From Escherichia phage DK-13, in the sequence record MT611523.1: 64,000 nt of DNA; one strand, given 5' to 3'. Within the stretch, counting starts at the first letter, position 1; each line of letters starts with the position of its first letter. The notes under the pieces are model-generated. The model saw nothing but the letters and a program-made list of their open reading frames with translations. It had not been told where the DNA came from and ran no database searches. The translations under genes and the position numbers were made by a program. Positions 1 through 9,221 of the stretch are shown here, in pieces.

Positions 1-171
1 ATCAGTCAGAGTATTATACCCAGAAACCATAGCTGCGTTTTGAGTAATAGGTTCAATCAGTTGATAAGTTTTGTTAATTTCAATAGTCATATTTTGTTTC
101 TCAAGTTTTAATGGTTTAATTGGGCGAACATACATACTTACAACATCAAAGTCAATAAATTCTGGTTTCAT
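1..171 (-). CDS. hypothetical protein, N-terminal fragment (ORF runs off window start)
   Basis: ATG at 169-171 on minus strand, 57 sense codons to the window edge; start overlaps stop of ORF 171-428 (TAATG). Confidence 0.3.
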   Translation of the reverse strand, partial: MKPEFIDFDVVSMYVRPIKPLKLEKQNMTIEINKTYQLIEPITQNAAMVSGYNTLTD

Positions 172-428
172 TATGCAACCTTATTGAACATCGCCAGTTG
201 ATTAGGTTGTACAACCATAATTTCACGACGACCTTTTGCATTTGACACGTTCAGGTAGATGCCTTTGTTCATATCAGTTTCTTTATCATATACCGCAATT
301 TTATTGACAGTAAAGATTTTACCACGAATATTTGTAAATGCACATTCAAACGCTTTAGTCAGACCTGCTTCAGCAGCTTGAAGAGCAGACATTTCATATT
401 GTTGGCCAATTTCAAAAGAAGTAATCAT
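171..428 (-). CDS. hypothetical early protein (85 aa)
   Basis: ATG 426-428 lies 7 nt after GAGGA; ORF-track start at 476 is an in-frame read-through of the conserved leader (STTDEDNKM artefact). Confidence 0.5.
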   Translation of the reverse strand: MITSFEIGQQYEMSALQAAEAGLTKAFECAFTNIRGKIFTVNKIAVYDKETDMNKGIYLNVSNAKGRREIMVVQPNQLAMFNKVA

Positions 429-459
429 TTTGTTATCCTCATCAGTAGTTGATGAGATG

Positions 460-488
460 ATTATGTCTCTTTCCATTGGCCTTGTACA
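460..488 (-). promoter_or_regulatory. sigma70-type early promoter with class-A leader
   Basis: minus-strand -35 TGTACA (483-488), 17-nt spacer, -10 CATAAT (460-465), then conserved CATCAACTACTGATGAGGA leader carrying the SD. Confidence 0.5.
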
Positions 489-495
489 CTACTTT

Positions 496-1182
496 TTATC
501 GTTTTTTCGGTAAAGATAACGGGTCTGCATCTTCTTCGGAAGGAACTTCATCTAAACCAAGAGCATAGCGCTGGGCATACTTTAACATCAAAATATCTTT
601 CGCGCAGTCATGTACCGAATCGTGCGCCACAAATCCATCTAAAGTCCCTTTCGGTAATGGGGTTTCACACATCTTACGGACGAGTGATAGGGCTTCGATG
701 GCTGTCCTAATATCTCGCTGGTTCCAGAATACAACCGGCTCCAGGTTATAGGTATTCAATTCACGCTCAGGAATCCCCTCATTGCGCTGTAGGTCGCGGA
801 TAAGGTCAACAAACAACGGGAAGTCAAAAGACATCCCACGGCACCACATAAGGCTTTCGTATTTGTTAATTCCATTGCCATTCAGATAGTCAATCGCCTG
901 TTGGATACCGGTCAGAGTATCAACATCTTGCGCAGAAGGAGCCAGGTTAACACGGGCTTCTGCTGATTGCTTTTTCCACCAACCCATGGTTGTTGTATCA
1001 AACAGACGTTTTCCTTTTTGGTATTCGAGACTGAACTTAATACGTTTGCCGCGATTAACCAGAGTTTCGAATGATTCCACAATAGCAGGGTCAGATTCGA
1101 ACGTAATCAGGGCCAGGTCAATAACGGCTCCCTTCGAGCCGTTTCCCAGAGTTTCAAAGTCAATAATAGCATCAATCATCAC
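496..1182 (-). CDS. dexA: exonuclease A (DEDDh 3'-5' exonuclease)
   Basis: 228 aa; D-x-E motif (IDFET) near N-terminus and H-x4-D (HDSVHD) near C-terminus; T4 position next to dda; GTG start in ORF track. Confidence 0.75.
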   Translation of the reverse strand: MMIDAIIDFETLGNGSKGAVIDLALITFESDPAIVESFETLVNRGKRIKFSLEYQKGKRLFDTTTMGWWKKQSAEARVNLAPSAQDVDTLTGIQQAIDYLNGNGINKYESLMWCRGMSFDFPLFVDLIRDLQRNEGIPERELNTYNLEPVVFWNQRDIRTAIEALSLVRKMCETPLPKGTLDGFVAHDSVHDCAKDILMLKYAQRYALGLDEVPSEEDADPLSLPKKR

Positions 1183-1447
1183 ACATCTCTTTTAATTTCT
1201 GAATTTCACCAGCAACATAATCAGAGATAAAAATCCCTGGCTCTTCATTGTTAAAATATTCAATCGCGGCCATACGTTTCCGAATAAGATTCAGTTCCAG
1301 TAAAACGTAATTACCCTGCACGACGATAGTCGAATTATCTTCGAAAAATTCAACCGCGTCTTTAATACCGTAGATAAGATTATCTAAATCTTCTTTATGT
1401 ACTTTATACATAATATGCGTCGTACCTCGCTCGTGTGATTCCAACAT
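1172..1447 (-). CDS. hypothetical protein (dda.1 position)
   Basis: co-oriented ORF between dda and dexA; likely true start at internal Met (about 1411) because the 5' end overlaps dda. Confidence 0.4.
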   Translation of the reverse strand: MLESHERGTTHIMYKVHKEDLDNLIYGIKDAVEFFEDNSTIVVQGNYVLLELNLIRKRMAAIEYFNNEEPGIFISDYVAGEIQKLKEMCDD

Positions 1448-2732
1448 AAGCCAACTGGCTCGCTAATGAAGCTTCGGCCATATGGATGCATGGGGTATAG
1501 ATGAATGCTTTGTCTACTGAAACGCCCTGGGCCTTGTGGATTGTACTGACCGGAAGAGCACGAACTTTCAAGAAGGTCCGGCGAGCTTTCCAGAAGTCTT
1601 TCCACTCTGGACGTTTGCCAGCGGCTTTCATCTGTTTGTATGTGTCAGCAACTTTCGCCAGGTATGCCTGGAATTTTGGTTGCTGGTCTTCAGGTAAAAC
1701 TTTGATGCGGTCAACCTGATATTCTTCATCTTCATCAATTGACTCAACTTCCAGGTCCCAGTAATTAATCACCAACTGGTGCGATTCACCTTTACAACGG
1801 AGAATGGTGGAAGTGTATTTGCAATCCTTGATGCGAACCAACTGACCATTATTAAAAATGGTTTCGCTGAATTTCTTGCCTTCAAATTCCAGCTCTTTCA
1901 TGTGTGGCTCTTGCATAACCAGGACTTCATACGGTAAAAATGCTTTATCCGTTTCATAGAGCTTGCGACGAATAATATTGTTCAGTTTTTCAACTGATTT
2001 ATTCGTGTACGCGTACATCCTGTTTTCCATCAGCATATCAGCATCTTTTACAATACTGAAATAGTTTGCCATGAAATCCTTTAAAGCGGTTTGTGAGGTG
2101 AAACCCTGTACACCATGACCCTCATACATACAGTCACGGAACCAACCACCATTACGAATTTCTGTCGCCACTTCAATGATAGGAGCATTGCTTCGCATGA
2201 CCTCAGTCAGATGAATCTGTTTGAACTTAGGATGCGTAAAGAATGGGCTTATCTTTTGTTGTGTGCTTCCTGGGTCAACTGGCTGCAGCTGGTGCATATC
2301 ACCAATCCCAAGAATAGTACACCATTCTGGAACAGAGTTAAGAATAATCTTAAACAGAGACCCGTCATACATACTTGCTTCATCACAAACCAGAACATTA
2401 CATTTTGACATGTCAGGCATTTCGCGCTGTTCAAAAACGTTTTGGTCTTCATATGTGGTCGGGTTAATCTTCAGGATACTATGGATTGTATTCGCCGTTT
2501 GACCAGACAATTTAGATAGAACCTTTTTTGCCTGGTGAGTTGGTGCGGCAAGCACAATTCCCATAACTCCATTACGCACTAAGTGGTCAATGACAAATTT
2601 TGTCAGAGTAGTTTTACCTGTACCAGCTGGACCATTCAGAGTGATACATTCCCCTGAACGTCGTTGAATAGCTTCAGTGATATAATCAAAAGCTTCTTTT
2701 TGTCCTGTGTTCAAGTCTTCAAATTTAATCAT
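1404..2732 (-). CDS. dda: Dda DNA helicase (SF1)
   Basis: 442 aa; Walker A GPAGTGKTT; collinear similarity to T4 Dda over full length (MTFDDLTEGQK-type N-terminus, C-terminal YVGVTR motif). Confidence 0.92.
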   Translation of the reverse strand: MIKFEDLNTGQKEAFDYITEAIQRRSGECITLNGPAGTGKTTLTKFVIDHLVRNGVMGIVLAAPTHQAKKVLSKLSGQTANTIHSILKINPTTYEDQNVFEQREMPDMSKCNVLVCDEASMYDGSLFKIILNSVPEWCTILGIGDMHQLQPVDPGSTQQKISPFFTHPKFKQIHLTEVMRSNAPIIEVATEIRNGGWFRDCMYEGHGVQGFTSQTALKDFMANYFSIVKDADMLMENRMYAYTNKSVEKLNNIIRRKLYETDKAFLPYEVLVMQEPHMKELEFEGKKFSETIFNNGQLVRIKDCKYTSTILRCKGESHQLVINYWDLEVESIDEDEEYQVDRIKVLPEDQQPKFQAYLAKVADTYKQMKAAGKRPEWKDFWKARRTFLKVRALPVSTIHKAQGVSVDKAFIYTPCIHMAEASLASQLAYVGITRARYDAYYV

Positions 2733-3028
2733 GCCAATTTTACTCGCTTAACATATAAAGTATCTAAAACTAATTTCAATTCTCGTGCGTGTTCTTCAGT
2801 AGGAAAAACAGTTTTTGTTTCCCGCTTATCAAACCACCATTTTCTGGGAATATACCGTGTTTCAATACGTCCCATGCGTAAATAGCGGTTTGTAGTATAT
2901 GAATAGTTGGCAAGTTCATACTCTGCGCCCGGTTTTGTGGTGTATAAGGTAACCTTTCCATCATACTCCAATGGGCGTTCAAAACCATCTTTATCTTTGT
3001 GAACCAGCACATATGCGTAGTACATCAC
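2729..3028 (-). CDS. hypothetical protein (99 aa)
   Basis: co-oriented ORF, stop/start overlap with dda; no recognisable motif. Confidence 0.4.
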   Translation of the reverse strand: MMYYAYVLVHKDKDGFERPLEYDGKVTLYTTKPGAEYELANYSYTTNRYLRMGRIETRYIPRKWWFDKRETKTVFPTEEHARELKLVLDTLYVKRVKLA

Positions 3029-3029
3029 A

Positions 3030-3776
3030 TTAACCTCTAATCAGTTTAAAAATTGACGCGTTCAAAGGTAGACCACGTTTCAGTTTTAATTTACCAATAA
3101 AACCAATCTTCTCAAAACGCTCAAGACCTTGAATGATTTTATCATAGCAATCAAAAAGCGTTTCAGCATCAGTTAATTTCTTGGTAACTTTCCAGTCATT
3201 ACCTTTGAGCAGGACATTCAATTTAGTAAGCTCATGTCCTTCCGCAACACGGGAACCATCAATGCGAGCCTTCAGAGCAACCATTTTTAATTGGTTTTCT
3301 TTGGACTGCTCTGATTTACTCATTTGAGCATAATGCTTAACGCGATTATCACGTTTGTGCTGGATGTTCTTGATATGAGTATATGACTTTTTAATCTGTT
3401 CCCATTTCTCTGAAGTCAGATTTAACTTTTCAATCTTCTTGGCAGAGGGGCGAGCAATTTTTACAGCAACATCATCGCGACGTTGTTTAAGCTCATCCAG
3501 GGACCAATCAGAACGCATGGTATTGTATTTCTTTTTAACAGGAATAACATTACCCTTGATATAACCAATATCATTGTTAAAACGCTCTAATGATAACTTC
3601 TCACCTTCAATAGAGTTATTAAATGCTTCACCAGAATAGGCACAAACTTTTTGGTCAAGAATGTTAACCAGGTAATTGAAATCCAGGTTAAAGTCTTTAC
3701 CGCGGCGTTTAGCGGAAGCTTGAGTGTGTTCCAAACGACGTTTAACTTTCAGCGTTTTGGTTTTTGATAAAGTCAT
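3030..3776 (-). CDS. hypothetical early protein (248 aa), in the T4 srd position
   Basis: ATG 3774-3776; own class-B promoter upstream; lysine-rich; srd assignment is by position and size only. Confidence 0.5.
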   Translation of the reverse strand: MTLSKTKTLKVKRRLEHTQASAKRRGKDFNLDFNYLVNILDQKVCAYSGEAFNNSIEGEKLSLERFNNDIGYIKGNVIPVKKKYNTMRSDWSLDELKQRRDDVAVKIARPSAKKIEKLNLTSEKWEQIKKSYTHIKNIQHKRDNRVKHYAQMSKSEQSKENQLKMVALKARIDGSRVAEGHELTKLNVLLKGNDWKVTKKLTDAETLFDCYDKIIQGLERFEKIGFIGKLKLKRGLPLNASIFKLIRG

Positions 3777-3822
3777 GATATTTTTCTCATCTTACGGACG
3801 ATTGAAAACTCAGTATGGATTC

Positions 3823-3850
3823 ATTATATACTATTCATCTTTTATGTACA
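3823..3850 (-). promoter_or_regulatory. sigma70-type early promoter with class-B leader
   Basis: minus-strand -35 TGTACA (3845-3850), 16-nt spacer, -10 TATAAT (3823-3828), leader GAATCCATACTGAGTT. Confidence 0.5.
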
Positions 3851-3932
3851 CTACTTTTTCACCTTTAACGCTTTTATTTTTACTGTGTATAATGGTTCTA
3901 AGGTCTTTGGCCTTTTGTTAACCCAGAATACT

Positions 3933-4547
3933 TCAGTAAGAAAGAACGGAAAGATTCCATAATTTATAGTCTTCCCATCTATAAATGCTCTCAATAGAGT
4001 CCACGCGTAGCGTAGTTCCCGCAGGGAACATCATCTCATCTTCATCATTTACTAATTGCAAGTTTGAAGAACGAGTTATTTCAGGATATAGTCCGTTGAA
4101 CTCTTCAGGAGGTGCCGCACAAATCATTTTAAAAATCGCTTCCTGATAATCAAATGCGAATGGTGCATCATTAATACAGAAAATATTTTTGGTTCCATAG
4201 AAGCTAAAGGAAGCAAAGTTACGCGCAACACTGAAATCTTTGGAGAAACTCATTACACGGTCAAACTCAATCGTAGCACCAACACATCCTACGGTTTCAA
4301 GATATGCCAAAGTTTTCTTAGAAATCCCGCGATATAACTTACCAGGCACAGCAGAAGTCAAATTCTTACGAATAATTTTGTTCAAAGTTTCCTGGATAGT
4401 GTCTGGCTTATTTTCCATACACTGCCAGAGTGTACTCTGTTCCAACTCAGAGTAAATTTCATCAATTTCAATCTGGGTATTTTCACGAAAATATTCACAT
4501 TTAACTGCATTGATGTACTCTGCTAATTGGTGACTTGCGTACAGCAT
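3933..4547 (-). CDS. modA: ADP-ribosyltransferase, ModA-like
   Basis: about 204 aa from ATG 4545-4547; LYRG ... SFSKDFSVARNF ... E-rich motif set shared with adjacent paralogue; T4 modA/modB position; ORF-track start 4580 is a leader read-through. Confidence 0.6.
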   Translation of the reverse strand: MLYASHQLAEYINAVKCEYFRENTQIEIDEIYSELEQSTLWQCMENKPDTIQETLNKIIRKNLTSAVPGKLYRGISKKTLAYLETVGCVGATIEFDRVMSFSKDFSVARNFASFSFYGTKNIFCINDAPFAFDYQEAIFKMICAAPPEEFNGLYPEITRSSNLQLVNDEDEMMFPAGTTLRVDSIESIYRWEDYKLWNLSVLSY

Positions 4548-4578
4548 TTTATTATCCTCATCAGTAGTTGATAGGAAC

Positions 4579-4608
4579 ATCTTAACGTGTCTTATTGCTC
4601 TTGTACAC
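4579..4608 (-). promoter_or_regulatory. sigma70-type early promoter with class-A leader
   Basis: -35 TGTACA (4603-4608), -10 TAAGAT-like at 4579-4585, conserved CCTATCAACTACTGATGAGGA leader. Confidence 0.45.
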
Positions 4609-5152
4609 AGTCAAGAACATAATAATCACCAACAAATCCAGCATCAACTATCACGAATTTCTGGTCAACTGGAACAAACCATTCAAGCTCAGAATCAATC
4701 ATGTCCATGTATTCTTCACGTCTTAACGTTGCCGCCTGTTCGGAACCAGAAGCTGTATTGAAGAATTCCAGTGGAACATCAAGCGCGAGCTTACGCATTA
4801 CATCATGGTAACAAAAAGCTTTTGTCTGATTCAATCTGACGATAGTCCTTGTCACATATTCCATTGCAGCAAAATCCCTGGCAATACCATAGTCTTCTGT
4901 AAAGGAGGTTATCCTTCCAAATTCAAAAGGTTGCATTGATTCTTTTGCTTCATCTAACAAATCAATCTCTTGCTGGGTCACCCCACGATACAAGACTGTA
5001 TCAGGTATAGACAACCTTGACTTGATGATTGAGTTAACGTTTGAATGCAAGGTCTTATCAACCTTTGATGTGCGGCATTCAAATAATGAAGCTATCTCCA
5101 TTTCACTAAATTTTAACTGGTTGGGTTCGGTATCAGATTTGATGATGTTCAT
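4592..5152 (-). CDS. modB: ADP-ribosyltransferase, ModB-like
   Basis: 186 aa; paralogous to the ModA-like ORF (LYRGV ... TSFTEDYGIARDFA). Confidence 0.55.
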   Translation of the reverse strand: MNIIKSDTEPNQLKFSEMEIASLFECRTSKVDKTLHSNVNSIIKSRLSIPDTVLYRGVTQQEIDLLDEAKESMQPFEFGRITSFTEDYGIARDFAAMEYVTRTIVRLNQTKAFCYHDVMRKLALDVPLEFFNTASGSEQAATLRREEYMDMIDSELEWFVPVDQKFVIVDAGFVGDYYVLDCVQEQ

Positions 5153-5208
5153 AATGGCCTCTCTGTTGTAAGAAAGACCATTATGTCATTAGGAGGGGAG
5201 TAAGTAAA

Positions 5209-5463
5209 CTACTTAAATACTCCAAGTGGGACGCCAAAGACTGCAATGTCTACGGCCATGCCAATCGGAGATTGATATGATGAGTAAGAACTTTTCGATT
5301 CTGTCGGGCGTTTGACTTTAATTGTCTCGGATTCAGTCTTAAGCCTTTGTAAGCGATTAATTTTTTGTTGCTCAATTTCCTTATGATCGTGTTTACGGTC
5401 GATATCCAGCGTCGATGTGGGGATATTTGTTAACCAGTTCATCGTTTCACCCATGGTGCCCAT
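5209..5463 (-). CDS. hypothetical protein (84 aa)
   Basis: co-oriented ORF in early array. Confidence 0.4.
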   Translation of the reverse strand: MGTMGETMNWLTNIPTSTLDIDRKHDHKEIEQQKINRLQRLKTESETIKVKRPTESKSSYSSYQSPIGMAVDIAVFGVPLGVFK

Positions 5464-5617
5464 GGAGGTGGGTCGTCGTAATATGAGGCCAGGTCGCGTA
5501 GAACTTCCATTGGAAGACTAAAACCATGCTTCTGTATAATCGCATCAAGTTCGTCAACTAGGTCCACACGGGCTTCTGCGGGAGCTTTAGGCTCTTCAAA
5601 AAGTTCAAATAAATCCA

Positions 5618-6106
5618 TTAGTAGCCACCGATAGGACCGTAACCATACATACGAGCACGCATTTTAGTATCTTGAATAGCTTCTTCTGTTAAAGTAAAGC
5701 GCAAGCCGATATCAAAGTGCTTCCAAATCTGACGTTCGACTTCAGCAAGGTCGTCGGTAGTGGAAATCAGATATGTGCGACCTTGAAGACGTTCAGTGGC
5801 CATTTTATCTCTATCTTTATAGAAAATATCCGCAGTACCTTCTGCATATGGGTCCGGGTGACGATAGCCTTTGATGTGCAGAGCTTCAGAAACAGTAAAC
5901 GGACACCCTTCGGCAACATCAACGTTTTTTCTATGAAATACCTTCAGCATAACGTTTTCTGGCATCGTCAGGTTCATTAATTTTGTTTCCAATGCAGTGA
6001 CCGAATCCATGCCATTGTAAACCATGATAAGGCATGCGGTAGCATCGTAAGGTCGTGTTTGACCTGCCGAATCACGGACATAGAATTCTAATTCATATAC
6101 TTTCAT
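5618..6106 (-). CDS. hypothetical protein (162 aa), in the T4 mrh position
   Basis: co-oriented ORF; size and position match T4 mrh but no sequence-level confirmation. Confidence 0.45.
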   Translation of the reverse strand: MKVYELEFYVRDSAGQTRPYDATACLIMVYNGMDSVTALETKLMNLTMPENVMLKVFHRKNVDVAEGCPFTVSEALHIKGYRHPDPYAEGTADIFYKDRDKMATERLQGRTYLISTTDDLAEVERQIWKHFDIGLRFTLTEEAIQDTKMRARMYGYGPIGGY

Positions 6107-6248
6107 AATGTTTTCCTCTTACCGACTAATGGACCATCAGGAACTTTATTTTCCTTGATGTACTTTTCGTTTTCTTCCATCATTTTACTGCCAATTTTCA
6201 AAAGCAAATCCAGTGCTTCTTTTGCTCGGCGTTCAGCATCTTCTTGTG

Positions 6249-6443
6249 TCATGATTTATCTCCGTAGATATCACGCATCAGTTTAAGCGCTGCTCGTTCA
6301 GTCTTCTTTTCCTGCATGGCTTTAAGCCCGTTAACGGCCCATTCTTCAGCTTCGCGCTGCATTTCTTCCTCGGCCCTGGCTACCCAGGAATCATCAATCC
6401 CTGGAGTAACCAACCAATCTTTAAGCCAACTTGTAATTCTCAT
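6249..6443 (-). CDS. hypothetical protein (64 aa)
   Basis: co-oriented ORF, acidic/helical. Confidence 0.35.
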   Translation of the reverse strand: MRITSWLKDWLVTPGIDDSWVARAEEEMQREAEEWAVNGLKAMQEKKTERAALKLMRDIYGDKS

Positions 6444-6785
6444 TTAATCACACGAGCTGGAAGACGAATCACAGCTTCCCGAATCATAGGAGGAATAAGA
6501 CGAATCACCGGTCCACGAACTAACTGCGGCAGCGGTGACCACAATCGAAGTAGTATCGATACTGCTTTGCGCTTGGGCTCTTTGTTCTTGCAGTCGAGTT
6601 AAACGTTTTTGTAAGTCTTCTTCTGACATTGTAGAATATAGGTCTTTTGATTTCGATTTGACCACTTCTTCCATCATGCCATCACCCATGTAAACATATT
6701 CTCTTAGCTTGACATCTGGTATGCTAACAGGAACCACACCTTCACCCGGTTTGGTCTTGAATAAATTCTTGAGCCAACTAATCAT
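6444..6785 (-). CDS. hypothetical protein with Ser/Cys-rich C-terminus (113 aa)
   Basis: co-oriented ORF; C-terminal tail GDSSYSSYDSGSCDSSSSSCD. Confidence 0.4.
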   Translation of the reverse strand: MISWLKNLFKTKPGEGVVPVSIPDVKLREYVYMGDGMMEEVVKSKSKDLYSTMSEEDLQKRLTRLQEQRAQAQSSIDTTSIVVTAAAVSSWTGDSSYSSYDSGSCDSSSSSCD

Positions 6786-6979
6786 AGGAAACCACGTTTA
6801 AATTCAACTTTACCATCATCACAACGGATTTCAATATTGAATTCTAAAGAATCATCATCGTGCATCATAAACGAGTGCACGACAACCTCGTCAAACACAC
6901 CCAGACCATACTTAAAATGTACATCATGGGCAATAACTTCGTCTAAAGTTTTGTTCGGTTTAATCCAACGGTTTAACAT
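6782..6979 (-). CDS. hypothetical protein (65 aa)
   Basis: ATG 6977-6979 preceded by class-A-type leader (TATCTCAACTACAGAGGAG). Confidence 0.4.
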   Translation of the reverse strand: MLNRWIKPNKTLDEVIAHDVHFKYGLGVFDEVVVHSFMMHDDDSLEFNIEIRCDDGKVEFKRGFL

Positions 6980-7021
6980 AGTATTCTCCTCTGTAGTTGA
7001 GATAATTATACCATCTCTATT

Positions 7022-7050
7022 AAAAGCAAAAAGGGAACCCGAAGGTTCCC
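7022..7050 (-). terminator. rho-independent terminator downstream of soc
   Basis: GGGAACC-CGAA-GGTTCCC hairpin followed by T-run on the minus strand. Confidence 0.55.
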
Positions 7051-7055
7051 TATAA

Positions 7056-7289
7056 TTAAACTACTGGGGTAGGCGTAAACATCGCCGCGTTCTTAGTTCG
7101 CCAATCAGCTGCACTAGACGCTACGGTGACATAAGCGGCCTTTTCGGAAGGAAAAGTCTGATAGTGTGCATTAGCAATACGGTGCTCGTTCGAATAGATT
7201 TCAAACGGAACAGATACTTCAACACCTTTAACTTCAACACCTTCACCAGCTGGATGCGTAAAGGTTTTGATATTAACGAAACCACCCAT
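7056..7289 (-). CDS. soc: small outer capsid protein Soc
   Basis: 77 aa; GxVNIKTF ... AHYQTFPSEKAAY matches T4 Soc; canonical late promoter upstream. Confidence 0.85.
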   Translation of the reverse strand: MGGFVNIKTFTHPAGEGVEVKGVEVSVPFEIYSNEHRIANAHYQTFPSEKAAYVTVASSAADWRTKNAAMFTPTPVV

Positions 7290-7320
7290 AATTAACTCCT
7301 TTGTTGTTTAATTACAGGTG

Positions 7321-7328
7321 TATTTATA
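7321..7328 (-). promoter_or_regulatory. T4-type late promoter TATAAATA (soc)
   Basis: exact TATAAATA on minus strand about 30 nt upstream of soc ATG. Confidence 0.55.
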
Positions 7329-7332
7329 CTGC

Positions 7333-7566
7333 TTATTTTATCATAACCTTTTTAGTTAAAAGCTCGTCGGGATGCCTTCTGGCGTATGAAGGGCTTTCTT
7401 TTACTGGGGTATTTGAAATAACATCACTTAATTTATCAGCTCTAGCTTTTAATTCTACGTGTTCTTTTGAATCTTTAAAAGGATGACTAATTATTTGCAA
7501 ATTAAGACCATGTAATTCATATTTAAGCCCTTCCATAAATCTTGCTGGGCACCCGTAATTATTCAT
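7333..7566 (-). CDS. hypothetical protein (77 aa)
   Basis: co-oriented ORF between HNH gene and soc. Confidence 0.3.
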   Translation of the reverse strand: MNNYGCPARFMEGLKYELHGLNLQIISHPFKDSKEHVELKARADKLSDVISNTPVKESPSYARRHPDELLTKKVMIK

Positions 7567-8407
7567 TTTCGAACCTCTTTACCATGTTTATATAATTTTC
7601 GTCTGGATAACCTAAACTAACTGCTAACTTTCTAAAATTCACATATTTAGGTTTGTTATTACTAAGCCATAAATCTCTAAGCTCAATTTCATAATTCCAT
7701 TTAAGCTGGTTTCCTCTAGCAGTTTTGCTCAAAGTTTTTCCTTTATCTTTTAGAGCTTTTTCCGAAGACTGTTTTAATTTTTGGAGATTTAAAACTTCCT
7801 CAACAGATAAATTATTTTCTTCTGCATAGCGCGCACAAAAATCTTTTACTGTAGCTATTAGACAGTTTTTGTGGGTACCTAAAACTTCCGGATTATTTTC
7901 TTCAACCAAAACTCCCCAGTATCTTCGATAGCGAGGCATATCCCGCGAAATCCAGTCATTATACCAGAAATCAAAATTAGAATACATAAAGGATTTTCTT
8001 TTACGGAGAATGTCTTGCTCTATCCACTCCCCGCGTTTATCGGCCCATAACTTAATAGTAAGGTCTTTCTCTAAATCAGAAAGCTTCTTAAACTGGGCAC
8101 TATTTGTTAGTGTCATTCTCTGGAATGCATTAAGCAAACCCAACACCCGAGTTGAGCACAAAAGATAATGAACATATATGTGTTGGTATATAGGAAGATA
8201 CACCCTATTCCAAGGAGAGATTTTAAAATCGCTGTATTCTGGAAATGCACACTTCGGAAGTATATGATGAGCTTCCGTTTTAGATTTGGTATGGACGTTT
8301 AGTTTATACTTATCTATAATTTTTAAGTAATCATCTAAAAGTTCCCATTGCGGGAACTTTTCTTTAAGAACGGATTTGAAATTAATATCCATTGTCCTGA
8401 CGTTCAA
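7559..8407 (-). CDS. HNH homing endonuclease (Mob-like), freestanding
   Basis: TEAHHILPK HNH core motif; sits at the gene 56/soc junction where T4 carries segF; 5' end overlaps gene 56 so exact start is uncertain. Confidence 0.75.
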   Translation of the reverse strand: MNVRTMDINFKSVLKEKFPQWELLDDYLKIIDKYKLNVHTKSKTEAHHILPKCAFPEYSDFKISPWNRVYLPIYQHIYVHYLLCSTRVLGLLNAFQRMTLTNSAQFKKLSDLEKDLTIKLWADKRGEWIEQDILRKRKSFMYSNFDFWYNDWISRDMPRYRRYWGVLVEENNPEVLGTHKNCLIATVKDFCARYAEENNLSVEEVLNLQKLKQSSEKALKDKGKTLSKTARGNQLKWNYEIELRDLWLSNNKPKYVNFRKLAVSLGYPDENYINMVKRFENE

Positions 8408-8897
8408 AGTTGTGTTTATTTTTCAAATAATAAAGTTTAAACATTTCTTCGGCTGACATATTAAGACCAATAGCCATATTGAATACAAAGTGCATAATGT
8501 CAATTAATTCAAATTTAATTTCGAGTTGGTCTTCAGGAGACATTTCTGAAATAGGTTTAGCTTGTGCTTCCAGATAACGAGCTTTCCATTTTTTCCAGAC
8601 ACCTGAAGCATCTTTTTCACCTTTAGACATTTCACCGAGAGAAGTCAAAAGTTCACGGAATTCATCATCAATACAGTCTTTCTGTTCGCGCATCCAGGCA
8701 ACTACATCGCCTGCAGTGGCCAGTTTATCCGGATGGTAGCAATAATCACGGTCATTAGCCAGACGAACCTGCAATGATTTCTGCATATCAAGCATAACTT
8801 GCAGTGGGTCAGTGCCTTCAAAAATTGCATTATCATAAGCGCCTTGAGCTTTATCAACACCAGCAATCAGTTGAGAACACTCGTTAAAATGAGCCAT
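8382..8897 (-). CDS. 56: dCTP pyrophosphatase (MazG-like) gp56
   Basis: near-collinear match to T4 gp56 from MAHFNEC onward; ORF-track start 8915 extends 6 codons upstream. Confidence 0.9.
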   Translation of the reverse strand: MAHFNECSQLIAGVDKAQGAYDNAIFEGTDPLQVMLDMQKSLQVRLANDRDYCYHPDKLATAGDVVAWMREQKDCIDDEFRELLTSLGEMSKGEKDASGVWKKWKARYLEAQAKPISEMSPEDQLEIKFELIDIMHFVFNMAIGLNMSAEEMFKLYYLKNKHNFERQDNGY

Positions 8898-8957
8898 TAT
8901 ATTTTTCCTTATCAATTCATGTTGTTTGTATGTTAATTATATCGTATTGGTTTAAAG

Positions 8958-8965
8958 CATAAATA
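8958..8965 (+). promoter_or_regulatory. late-promoter-like CATAAATA
   Basis: CATAAATA 16 nt upstream of plus-strand ATG 8982; one mismatch from TATAAATA. Confidence 0.3.
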
Positions 8966-8981
8966 CACGGAAGGAGGATAT

Positions 8982-9179
8982 ATGCTCAAACTATCTAGTC
9001 TAATTCAAGCCATCAAAGGCAGTCGTAAGCGAACGATTCTGGTCCTTTCGATACTCTGTTTAGTTCTACTCTGGAACTTCGTTGTTGCCCCTATTGCATT
9101 GGCACATGGTGTTATATTGCCAGTCGTCGCGCTCGAATCAGTTGTAGATGTTTCACTGGCATTAATCGGCCTTATATAG
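8982..9179 (+). CDS. small hydrophobic protein (65 aa), plus strand
   Basis: strong SD GGAAGGAGGA 7 nt before ATG; two predicted TM segments; opposite orientation to the surrounding array. Confidence 0.5.
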   Translation: MLKLSSLIQAIKGSRKRTILVLSILCLVLLWNFVVAPIALAHGVILPVVALESVVDVSLALIGLI

Positions 9180-9221
9180 GTGGAACTATGTGAACATTAT
9201 TCTATCAGATTTGGAAATTAA

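Noticed and set aside
171-476. ORF-track N-termini beginning ...STTDEDNKM (171-476 and 3933-4580), and long N-terminal extensions of regB (to 51485), nudE (to 55469), gene 47 (to 28112), gene 56 (to 8915), 62064-62570 and 53257-53604
   Set aside because: These extensions are in-frame translations of the conserved leader or promoter DNA; the extended starts lie on or upstream of the -10/-35 boxes, and the downstream Met has proper SD spacing and matches T4 protein N-termini. The shorter starts were used.
3030-6106. Naming ORF 3030-3776 as srd, 5618-6106 as mrh, 15144-15488 as gene 40, 23548-23979 as rpbA and 51485-51832 as vs
   Set aside because: Size and position agree with T4, but I cannot verify sequence similarity from memory; gene symbols withheld.
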